Assembly: GCA_040437565.1 (NCBI GenBank)
Contig: JBDOQK010000008.1
Location: 248,001-312,000 of the forward strand
Direction: 5' to 3'
Length of the DNA: 64,000 nt
Source: Albugo candida
Lineage: Eukaryota
In this document: positions 26,767-37,915 of the stretch, piece by piece
How positions within the stretch are numbered: position 1 is the first letter of the stretch
Layout: each line of letters starts with the position of its first letter
Translations under genes and position numbers: made by a program
The notes under the pieces: generated by a model
What the model saw: the letters and a program-made list of their open reading frames with translations, nothing else
Told to the model about the DNA's origin: nothing
Database searches by the model: none

Positions 26767-27945
26767 TTACTTTCCAATTTTCAGCGGGAGCTTCGCGACA
26801 CCCATAAACCGTTCCTTTTCAAATTTCCGGCGAACCGCTGATAATTTGCTGGTCTTTCCCACTCCGTTTTGAGCGTTCCAGAGCATTTCTCTCAGGTCTG
26901 CTACGCACTTGGATAGCTCAGCTTCTTTGTACGAAGTGTGGTGTTCCAAAATTGAATTCCATAATGGAAACTCATTCATCTGACATTTTGAGATGTACAG
27001 CGCGGAAGAAGCAATCAAAGATGGACGATGGCGAATCAATTTGTACTCTTGTAAACTCCGATCGATGATGTAATGAGCAAAATAGTGCACACGATCATCA
27101 GAGGTGCCTGAGGCCTTGAAAAACCGCTGAATAAAGTGATACGCTGTTGGGAATGTGACGCGATAACTGACGCTAGAAAGGATACTTTCTTCCATTCCAA
27201 ACACTTCATCTCGTGTGTACGCATTGTCAGTGATACGAACAAAATCTTCAGCTTCCGGGGGATAGATTTCTTCATACTTGGAAGCGATAAACATTGCAGT
27301 GACGCCAACCAGCTGAAGACGTTGTCTAGGAACAGACAAATTCTTCTCCAAATGTCGATCAATCAATTGTATCGCAATGTGAAGAGCATGAGGGGTCAAA
27401 TCGTATTTACAATGAACATCCACGAGCCAATCAATCAAAATAGATCGCATTTTCGAATTGATATCGCTTTGACGAGACATGTAGCTGCAACTGGTCATAA
27501 ACTCTTTTTCCACAGAAAGTTGGTATTTGGTGATTTCTTCAGCGTATTGCCAGCACGATGACGCATCATTCTTATCTTTCGAGTCGATATCATGCTTTTC
27601 CTTTTGGGGGATTTTCGGAAGCACCGGAGACTGGAATAAAGAAGACCGTGCATCCTCAATGCCCAAAGACGATAACGATGGACCCACCGGCTTTGATACA
27701 GCTTTTCTCGGCTGAAAGATAGCCGCAATCGACTGTTTGGGATCGGTGATTGTCGACAGGCCTTTGCGAACCTTCTTTTCCGCTGGTTCATACACTGTCG
27801 ATAGCGAGTTCGATTGCAGCTTGATTTTCTTCGCATGGAGCTGATTCGTGACATCGCCAAGCACTGTACGTTTTCGGAATGTCGAAATTGGCTTCTGTCC
27901 AATTTTGCTTCCATTTTGGCGGTCGTCCACTTTTGCGTCATTCAT
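26767..27945 (-). CDS. Mitotic cyclin (cyclin B-type), intronless
   Basis: Destruction box RTVLGDVTN. Cyclin box MRSILIDWLVDVH..LQLVGVTAMFIASKYEEIYPP..ITDNAYT. Confidence 0.93.
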   Translation of the reverse strand: MNDAKVDDRQNGSKIGQKPISTFRKRTVLGDVTNQLHAKKIKLQSNSLSTVYEPAEKKVRKGLSTITDPKQSIAAIFQPRKAVSKPVGPSLSSLGIEDARSSLFQSPVLPKIPQKEKHDIDSKDKNDASSCWQYAEEITKYQLSVEKEFMTSCSYMSRQSDINSKMRSILIDWLVDVHCKYDLTPHALHIAIQLIDRHLEKNLSVPRQRLQLVGVTAMFIASKYEEIYPPEAEDFVRITDNAYTRDEVFGMEESILSSVSYRVTFPTAYHFIQRFFKASGTSDDRVHYFAHYIIDRSLQEYKLIRHRPSLIASSALYISKCQMNEFPLWNSILEHHTSYKEAELSKCVADLREMLWNAQNGVGKTSKLSAVRRKFEKERFMGVAKLPLKIGK

Positions 27946-28568
27946 AGAGATTGCATGCTAGAGGTCATATTTGTGAAAAATACAGTATGGTTGGTCATTT
28001 TCGTATTTCTAATATAGAGAGCTAATGAGTTACCGCGCTTCGCTTAAGTCCGATACGAGATTTATTGAGCACACGCGTGGCATGATCAGGGACTTCGTTT
28101 TCCGCATTGCTAGAGTATTTTGAGCGCATAATGTCGATTGCTACAGTGTCGTAAGCTCGTAGCAACGTATTTAGATCGGATTTTTTCGATGCTGTCGGCT
28201 GGTTGTGAAGCGACGCTGACGTGTTATATACGATGAGGGCTACTGTACACAGAGAGATATGTACAACAGAATGATTCCTCTCCTGTAGCTAGCTATACAA
28301 AGTTAATTTGGGTGTGATAGCTGATGATTGCTTTTGTGATTTTTTCTTTTTTTTAGCAATCGTCCCTTCTTCACAAAGCCACACTGCCAAACTCTCTCAA
28401 CCGGTAATTGAATGCAGCCGTTTGATTTTGCTATAATAGAAGACCTGTGTGAATTTACAGTCGCTTCAAAAAAAATATCAAGGGTTCGATCCTACAAAAA
28501 CGTTCTTCCACTATTTTATGTTTATCTATAATAATGTACGCACCTTAATTGCGTTTTTGCTTGTGCGT

Positions 28569-30915
28569 ATGGATTCCGCAAGTGCTGAAAATGACGACGA
28601 GTTTTCAAATCTTCTGGCTTCCTATGACATTATTCATTCGTGCGACGCTTTGAGGGAGTACCTCTTCTATCATTCTCAATTCAGGTACCAATATCGTCTT
28701 CTTACAATCAGATTTATGACCATATTTGTTGCGCTCATTCAGGGTCGGAAGGCGATCCAATCAATGTCGAAGCGAGTTTTACGAGCGAATCCATCTCATT
28801 CTCGATCGCATTTTTGGCAATGACGATCTTTCTCGTCATCGTTATGGCGGATGGTTGGATTACAGCGCTCAAAACGACGGTATCAGCACTCCACCTCATC
28901 TGAAAGAAACCGAGTCGACTGCCAGCCAAATTGCCTCTCCAAGTGAGCTCAAATATGTAAACGCAGAGAAAACCACAGATTGTGGAATTTTTGGAAAAGA
29001 ATTACTCACAAAGAGTTCAAGAAAGCTCGTTGAATTCCTTTCCATTTCCATTTTAGAACGCGACGAAGGCTCCTTGTGCCAATTTATATTCCAAACGCAT
29101 CATTCCGTGCTGTTCCGCTATGAGCTCGATACGCTTCCAGAGCAAGCAAAGATTTCCATACTCACAAATTCGCCGTGGACGTCAGTTTTATTCACTCAGT
29201 TATTGCACAAGTCGATTATCAAGCATCCTATCGACACGCGAAATCCTTCTCTTCTCCTAACGGCTCAAGAATTATATCTCTTCTATTTCTTACGTCATCC
29301 AGCATCAGCCGGACATTACTCGACGACCTCAAACTCGATACCCAAAGAAAAACAACACCAAGGCACATTTTTGACTTCTATTTCTCACTCTTTCCATCGA
29401 GCTGGAAAGCGATTTGGGCGTCAGGATCATACCTGGCGATCATTTTTCCGCGATGGCTACACCCCTCTTCTGCACAACAATCCGTACAATGTCCTCCTTT
29501 TGCATTACCTTCGAATATTTCTTCCCGATACCAACATGACGGTCAAAAATCGATTTCATTCCAATCTTTTGAAAAACACCAATATCTTCCTACACACACT
29601 GATTGAGTTTTGGCTTCGACAAAATATGATACTTTTCTATGAAAATGTATCGGAGTTAAACGGCTTTCCCATACGCCAAACGTGTGAGCAAATCGGTCCA
29701 ATTCACGAAAATACCATTGGAAATCGAAATAATCCTTTGGCAATCGTTCAGACACAAACGAGTTATATGGCTCCATCCGACGATCTACTGAGCTCATTGG
29801 TCGTCACTATCATTCACTTGCTGTCTGACTCGCATTATCCGATTTCCATGCGACCAATTATGAAGTCTCTGTACCCAACGGATGTTCTCACACTCAATGT
29901 GCATGTCGTAAGACGGCCTTTGTATGAGTTTTTACGACTGGTTTTCTCGCGGGCGCCGATCGGACTCACGCCAATCGCATTCCTCACGATCTCGGACGTT
30001 TGGCTCGCCTACATTCAGCCGTGGCGATGTAAGCATTGGGCAGCCTGCAGACAATCGAATGATGCGTATACCAGTGACTGGGAGACCTTCGTGCTCGCCA
30101 ATTATCATTTCTATGCGGTCCTTCTGGGGGCATTTGTGCAACGAGCAAAGGAATTGGATTTCTCAATACAAAGTCGTCGAAATCTGTTGTTACGCGTCTT
30201 GATTGTCTACACTGCGGATTTGCTGTCACTACTCAAGCGGATTGATGGATACCTGCAGCGTAAGGGATCACGAATCGAACGCATCGACGAAGTGGACATG
30301 GAGCAGTATCAAATCGTCGAGTATTACTGCAAAATGCTCGGGATCGAATGCATTCCAGTACCTCTGCACGAAACATTTCATCGGGATGCCGAGCGGCTGT
30401 ATGATAAACTCGTCAATGATTCTTGCTGCACGGAAAAGGACTCGAGCCAAGACGCCACAATGGATCGACTTTGCGGCATGCTACGCAGTATTTTTGAGAT
30501 ATCCGATGCGTATGTGGCATCTGTTACGCAAGTAAAGTCAAGTTTCAGTCCGATCGATTCACTGGAGCCGACTCGGGACGTCAAGCAGCCTCATCGACTT
30601 ACACGCCAGGGAATTTTTGAGCTGAAGAACGGTCTCCGCCTATGTTCACCAGACACCGCAACGTACATTGGCGATCCGATACTGAGACCCATTCGATCGT
30701 ATGAGATTCCGATACTCGTTCGTTTGCTGTATCGCATTTCCATTTGGCTCAATGGGATTTTTGGCTTGGAGAATCCGTATCGCGGCAAGAATCTGCAGGA
30801 TAATATCGACGTCAAGTCGCCCGTATTTCGCATCAATCTTCGATTCCTTGCGAGCAAACCGAATCTCATCACAATCTCAGTGCTAATGCTGTTGCTTTGG
30901 ATAAGTTGGAGATAG
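28569..30915 (+). CDS. SMPD4 (neutral sphingomyelinase 3)-like protein; start uncertain, intron near 28685..28743
   Basis: ELYLFYF, LIEFWL, VWLAYIQPWR, W..FVLANY, GDPILRPIRSYEIPILVR, RINLRFLA, plus a C-terminal TM anchor. All are typical of SMPD4. Confidence 0.8.
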
Positions 30916-30959
30916 TAAGAGCGGAATACAAAATGCCAATAAGAAATCACATTTGATTT

Positions 30960-33900
30960 TCAGGCTACTTCGCTCGATTCGCTATCGGAAGATGACGAAA
31001 AGTACGAAGAAGAAGATGAGCCAGCAGAGTCATACTCTTTAGCACTCGAAAGCGCTTGTGCTTCCGGAGGCCTCTGGTCCACTGGAGATGGTGTTTGAGG
31101 TGGTAGAGGTGGAGGTGCCACTATTGGTTGACCTTCCAGCTCAGATGGAGCCGACATTGCTTCGTCCGAAGACTCGGTAAGGGCTTTGTGCTCTGTTTCC
31201 GACACACTTTGGGAATCGCTGTCGCTCGATCCCTTCCGTGAGATTTTGCGCTTCCGTCGGGGCATTGATCGCGGACATTGGCTTGTGCTATCGGACGAAT
31301 CATTTTTGGTGTCTTCGCTAGAATGACCGCTACTTGCTTCCATTGTCCACGCATCTTCATTAGAAACACCCACGGAATCCTCATCATTTTCGCTCTCCAG
31401 CGCCATTTTCGTATCGCTCAAAGTCCGGGCTCCATGATGCTCGGCACATTTACACATTTGACCAAACATTCGCCTCAGCGTATTTGCGTACGATACAATC
31501 ACCGAATCCTTTGCGTTATACGTCTCACAATTGTGCCAAATGAGCTCCACATCCGATTTGAACATTTCCCAGGACTAAGAAAAAAANNNNNNNNNNNNNN
31601 NNNNNNNNNNNNNNNNNNNNNNNNNNNNNNNNNNNNNNNNNNNNNNNNNNNNNNNNNNNNNNNNNNNNNNNNNNNNNNNNNNNNNNTTGTGCTATCGGAC
31701 GAATCATTTTTGGTGTCTTCGCTAGAATGACCGCTACTTGCTTCCATTGTCCACGCATCTTCATTAGAAACACCCACGGAATCCTCATCATTTTCGCTCT
31801 CCAGCGCCATTTTCGTATCGCTCAAAGTCCGGGCTCCATGATGCTCGGCACATTTACACATTTGACCAAACATTCGCCTCAGCGTATTTGCGTACGATAC
31901 AATCACCGAATCCTTTGCGTTATACGTCTCACAATTGTGCCAAATGAGCTCCACATCCGATTTGAACATTTCCCAGGACTAAGAAAAAAAGTCAGGAAAA
32001 AGCTTTGGATTTCAATTTGCAGACCTGATAGAAATGCTGCTGCACGCGAATGCGTACGGTCCCGAGATCCATTGGATGCGGAATACGATCGAGATAATCA
32101 ACACAGCCATCCATTTCCGGGTCCACAGGCCGTGCAAATAATTCCTTGACAATTTGTGAGTTTTCAGTGGAGAACTCAAATTTCTCTTACAGCAAGCTCT
32201 TCATGCAGCAAACGCTGGATGATCGTCATGCACAGTGCCGATAATGCGTTCTCAGGTTGAGACTACAGCATACAGCACGATGATCAGAGCGAGTACGAGA
32301 GAAGCTGACTGGTACCTTGAGGCCGTGCCAATCCATCCAGTCATCAGTATCATCATCTTCGCTTGATGTGTCGACTTCACGCTGCCTTCTTCGCGCCCGT
32401 GATGCTCTATGCAAAGTGTCAGTATCAAAAAAGCAATGATTTCTTCATTGTCTGACCGTTCCATTGCAAGACGTTGCTTACTGTCACCCCGAGGCATTCC
32501 TTCTGGCTCCGAGTAGTCTCGATCATGCTACCAAAAAATGTCAAAATTGCTCGATCTCTTTTGAATGACGTACATCTCCAACTGATTGCCTCTTTATCCG
32601 TGTCATTGCAAGTCGTGACGATTGTCGTCGAGGTAGACTCTCGTAATGCAATTCCTGACGCTTATGACGTTCAAACTCGACAGTTTCTTGGTGTTTGAGT
32701 ATGGAAATAAGACGACCTCGGAGTCTGCAGGCCAGCAAAGTGAATGGAGCTGTTGGTTGAGAGAGCGAATTCGACTCACCTTTCTTGTTCCAGGGAGCCG
32801 CCCATAAGCGATTCAATCACGTGACTGAGGCTTCCTAGAGACGAGCTAACCACTCGCCACGTGCACGGTCCGGGCAACTCGATATGATGTTCTCGTATTC
32901 GTTCCGCTTGAATTTTCTCTCGTAGTCGTCTGCGTTTCTTACATGCATCCAACAATTTCCTAAATTCTTCGTGATACCGCCTCCGGTGAGTTCGATTGTG
33001 ATTACTTCGATGCTGAGAGCTTTTTTTGTGCTTTTTCTTGATTTTTGTATGCTTTCTATCGGGATTAGAATTTGATTTGGCTTTGTGCTTTCGTACTCTT
33101 TGATTTTTTTCAGAGTGATTCTGTGTTGGATCTGCCTTTGCTACTGTATCGCAAGGCCGTCGACGTCTTGGCCAGCCTCGTGCATCATTGACAAGACACT
33201 CGAAACATCGCCATTCACCTTTAGGTCGAATATCCAGCGGTGGATCCAGGTAACGCATATCGTAATCCTTCCGACAAGAGGCACATAATATATTAAACGT
33301 CTCTGTGCCTTCGATTGGATCCGAGCAAGGAATTGCTTTTTGTGTGATTTTCGGGCATTCTGGTGGTTGTTCCGCTTGAACGTCTTCAATTTTGACTTTT
33401 TTGCTCTTGATGATCACAGAGAGAGGTTGGGAGCTTCCGCTTTCATCACTTCCACTCGAGTCGTCATCGATAATAAATCGTTTTTTTGAGCCGATTGCGT
33501 GGAGAACAGGTGCTTCTTTCTTCATATTTGTATCGGATATCTTATTCATTCCATTCTGTTCGCCGTTGAGAATTTCTGTTTTCATAATGTCTCTGCATTC
33601 TTTCTGCTTCAAATTCGCCCTGGCTTCTTCGTCCTTCTCCTCATTGTTCTCTTCCTTTATAATCACCTCGCTTTCTGACTCCACCTTTATCTGTTCCAGG
33701 GAGCTATCTTCCTTGTCTTGGTGGCTGAAATTCACAGACAGACGAATGCGAGTCGAATCGGCGAATTCCACGCAATAATTGGCTTCTCTATACGAAAAGA
33801 ATCAGAGTATATGAGAAAGATACTGGGCACAACGTATTGGAAGGAAGACTTTATTCATAAGCCAACTAGCTATTCTAAGCTTCCACAAGTAAAAGCAATT

Positions 33901-35658
33901 GCCTAACCGATTCCAGCGATCTCCTTCCGTCTTCTTTTCGGCATACACCCAACACGCATCGTCGAAATACCAGTACACTAATCCTTTATCATCTTGCCCA
34001 ATCGACTTGACTCTCTACAACAGACACAATCAATGATTTGCGGACACAAGCAATAGGTACTTACAAAGCGGTTGTAATCGATTTCTCCTTCTTTCTGACA
34101 ACTATTGATATATTTACGTATGTCCACACAAGTTTCAATTTTCCAGTGACATAATGCATTCAGTACGCCAATCTTGTACAAATTTATGAGTCATTGTGTT
34201 CGAATAAGTTGAGGTCACGTACCTTTTTTTCGATCGAGAGCATGGGATACGTCGTACCCAACGGCATTGGGTTACACGGGAAGAAAAGCATCCAATTCTC
34301 ACTCACTTTGCGAGAAACACAGCGTTCCCAGNNNNNNNNNNNNNNNNNNNNNNNNNNNNNNNNNNNNNNNNNNNNNNNNNNNNNNNNNNNNNNNNNNNNN
34401 NNNNNNNNNNNNNNNNNNNNNNNNNNNNNNNTAATCCTTTATCATCTTGCCCAATCGACTTGACTCTCTACAACAGACACAATCAATGATTTGCGGATAC
34501 AAGCAATAGGGTACTTACAAAGCGGTCGTAATCGATTTCTCCTTCTTTCTGACAACTATTGATATATTTACGTATGTCCACACAAGTTTCAATTTTCCAG
34601 TGACATAATGCATTCAGTACGCCAATCTTGACACAAATTTATGAGTCATTTTTTCGAATAAGTTGAGATCACATACCTTTTTTTCGATCGAGAGCTTGGG
34701 ATACGTCGTACCCAACGGCATTGGGTTACACGGGAAGAAAAGCATCCAATTCTCACTCACTTTGCGAGCAACACAGCGTTCCCAGTCCTGAATCCTGCAG
34801 GTACAATGAGGGTCCGCCATGAAACTCTTTCTGTAGCGTACATTTTGTCCAGCTTGACACCAACCGCGTCTCGTGCAAGGCGATAATGCAATTCCGCCAA
34901 GAATGGAGCCTAAGATGAATCTCAGTACGGGTCATGAGGCAGCGGTGNNNNNNNNNNNNNNNNNNNNNNNNNNNNNNNNNNNNNNNNNNNNNNNNNNNNN
35001 NNNNNNNNNNNNNNNNNNNNNNNNNNNNNNNNNNNNNNNNNNNNNNNACGTCGTACCCAACGGCATTGGGTTACACGGGAAGAAAAGCATCCAATTCTCA
35101 CTCACTTTGCGAGCAACACAGCGTTCCCAGTCCTGAATCCTGCAGGTACAATGAGGGTCCGCCATGAAACTCTTTCTGTAGCGTACATTTTGTCCAGCTT
35201 GACACCAACCGCGTCTCGTGCAAGGCGATAATGCAATTCCGCCAAGAATGGAGCCTAAGATGAATCTCAGTACGGGTCATGAGGCAGCGGTGAAGCCTGT
35301 AGACGTACACAGACGGCATCATTTTCAGTATTTCGCAATGCGCTCACAAGTTCCTAGTTCAGAGTGTAACCAGTTACGAATGAAATTGGGTTACAAAATA
35401 GCTTCCCCCTCGTCATAAAAACGTTGCATGAGGGTATCAGAAGCGATAAATTACCGTGCGAGAGAAATTTGGCAATTTGAGAGGAACTCGGAACGTATGG
35501 CAGAAATGACATATTTGAGCGATTTCAACCATGCTCTCCGCGTCGACGGAGGTGTTAGGTAGGGGATAGACTAATTTTTTAGGTGCGTTATCATCTTCTG
35601 GGGCAGTATCCGCAGAATGAGTACTCGATTCACTGATGCTAGTATCAGCACGATTCAT
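30960..35658 (-). CDS. DDT/WHIM + PHD-like + bromodomain chromatin protein (RSF1/CECR2-like), multi-exon, three gaps inside
   Basis: N-terminal EIAQICHFCHTF..LPNFS (DDT-like), GVLNALCHW, IGQDDKGLVYWYF (WHIM-like) and PHD-like CASC..LDPPL..PKGEWRCFEC. Bromodomain F..DVELIWHNCETYN. Confidence 0.75.
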
Positions 35659-37357
35659 TTGTACAATTCACAGTCGCTTGCGAGCAAGAATGAATAAATT
35701 ACAAATATAGCGACATGCAGCAATAATATCTCAAATGAGTGAGGCAGGGGTGTCCTATTCGAGTCAGTGATTCGAGGTCACCTACAAATAGCTGCGTGCA
35801 TTCGATATCTGTGAACAGGCTTCTCGAAAATTACATATTTGATGCAATTACCGCTCGCGTATCCAGAACAAGTGGCCGATAGTGTCATTGATACTTTATA
35901 TACGACGATGCGTCAAGATTCTGGCTCTGCTGTATGGATCCGATAAAACACAGACTATCTGAACTTACTATAGTCATCCCTATATAGCATTAATTCTGGC
36001 GCCGATATCACAATAAATACTGCAGTGATGTAAGTACCCATCGCAAAGCTGCACAATGTGAACAAAAAGGTTGCGTTTTGGATCAGATGAGCACCAGATC
36101 TCGAGCAGCAAGCATAGCAGCTCTGCGGTACAGTCTGACGTTCTGTTCACTCTCAGCAATCTCATACAAATATAGTAGCATGCCTTACGCTACACATCAA
36201 TTCAACTCGTGATCCAAATTTGACGAACTGATAGCCGATACGTAATGGAACATAGCAAATGTCATCGGGACAGCTCAATTCATTTTTGATATCACAAGTG
36301 TACCGTCATCATCCCATAAACAATACATTTTGTGGGAGAGGAGATGAGCGTGAATTCCAATCACGTTAGCAATTTCACGATACTATCAATTCATTTATTA
36401 AGGTTGAAAGCCCTGGTATAGCTAAGAAAGCGAAGGATGCAATGATATAAACCGCATTCGTGCGATTTTCGGACATAATTCCAAGCAGCGATACCAAGGA
36501 AATGCATAACGTAGACGCTCGCGAGAGGCACAGTATTCGAATCTAGCTTGATTAATGAGCCAATTAGAAAACAGCTCAAGTAGAATCGGCATCGACAAGG
36601 GAAATCAACCAGAACATCCATCAACTTTTAAAGCATGTATGTCCTCGGGTGGTTAATCTTGACTATTGTAATGCTTTCAGCTGATTTTGAAACATTACGT
36701 CGGTATCCGTATTGTCAGCGAGATGCAGAGTGTGACACGTTTGTGTACTCCTGAAACCCAACACGAAAACCAGGAACAGCAGATGTCGCCCTCAAATACA
36801 CGTCAGACGGAATCGGAAATGTGCACCACCCAGCGGACAGGATTTTTATGGGTCTGATTATCGTCTCATCATTGATAGGGCTATTGAATCGTCCTTGAAT
36901 ATAAAGACTTTTGTATACTAGTGTCGGCGTATTTTGATACAACGATTGCGGTCTTCACCGCTTGATGTTCATATTGTGATCAGGATGAATTAAATACGTA
37001 CAAAATACGCATCTGTCACAATATCCATCGAGGAACTTGAGCTTCCTTGAAAAGTAGTTATACGTTGAGCTATACTCACAACCGCCTCAAAACTGAAGTT
37101 CGCATGCAAGTTGATTCAGTGCCAGAAAACCGTACCTTAAACTTCCACCACTATACTAACAGCTGGATTGTAATCTACGACGAAGCCGTTCAGCTTATCC
37201 TACAACCAAAATGTCGTCCGAATGGTGTTACAACAACTGAGAGGTTGAGAAGCCAGTTCATCTTGCTATCGTATTGGCCAAAACCTCTACACAAAGGTAT
37301 TAGGTTAGAACACAAAGGTTCTCACTTGAAATTCATATTCACTTGCAACTAATAGAC

Positions 37358-37774
37358 ATGGACGCCGAGGATTGCTGTGAATCTCTTTTATGCTGCGCGG
37401 CTTGCTCTGCATGTTGCGCTGGTGCTGGCGCAGCTGCTGCCAACGCCTCAAATCGTCCGGGACACAATCACCAGCAACATCAGCATCAGCCCGTTTACGT
37501 ACAACCAGTTCCCGTTGGCTACCATCCACCAGGGTACACTCCAGGCTACGGCCCACCGCCGGCTGGCTACGCTCCCCCGCAACAAGGCTACTCTACTCCT
37601 CAAACGCATGCTCATCCTTATGCGCACCAAGGCCACCCACCAGCACAATACGGAGGTGCGCAAGGATACCCAGGCGCCCAAGGGCAAGGATATCCCGGTG
37701 CACATGGACAAGGACAGCAATATCCCGTGGCTCAGCCTTACTACGGAGGGGATAAAAATCAAAAAGGGGTTTAG
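37358..37774 (+). CDS. Small Cys-rich N-terminus / Pro-Gly-Tyr-Gln-rich protein (CYSTM-like composition)
   Basis: MDAEDCCESLLCCAACSACCAG followed by GYPG/PPxGY low-complexity repeats. Inr-like CTCACTT upstream at about 37321. Confidence 0.75.
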   Translation: MDAEDCCESLLCCAACSACCAGAGAAAANASNRPGHNHQQHQHQPVYVQPVPVGYHPPGYTPGYGPPPAGYAPPQQGYSTPQTHAHPYAHQGHPPAQYGGAQGYPGAQGQGYPGAHGQGQQYPVAQPYYGGDKNQKGV

Positions 37775-37915
37775 ATAGAATATCTTTAAAATTGTATACA
37801 TTTATGTTCGCATCGTAAATATTATACAAAATCGTACATTTGTTCACAATCCCACGAAATGACGACGTTGTGAACCGACAAACTCACATTTTTATTCACT
37901 CGACAGCACGCATTT

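Noticed and set aside
18088-27945. Mitotic gene cluster (REV7, kinesin-8, cyclin B)
   Set aside because: Interspersed with unrelated genes and no shared motif seen. Likely chance in a gene-dense genome.
35659-37320. Short ORFs in long intergenic stretches (also 10200-11900 and 13500-14800)
   Set aside because: No motifs, no consistent splice structure and no transposon signatures.
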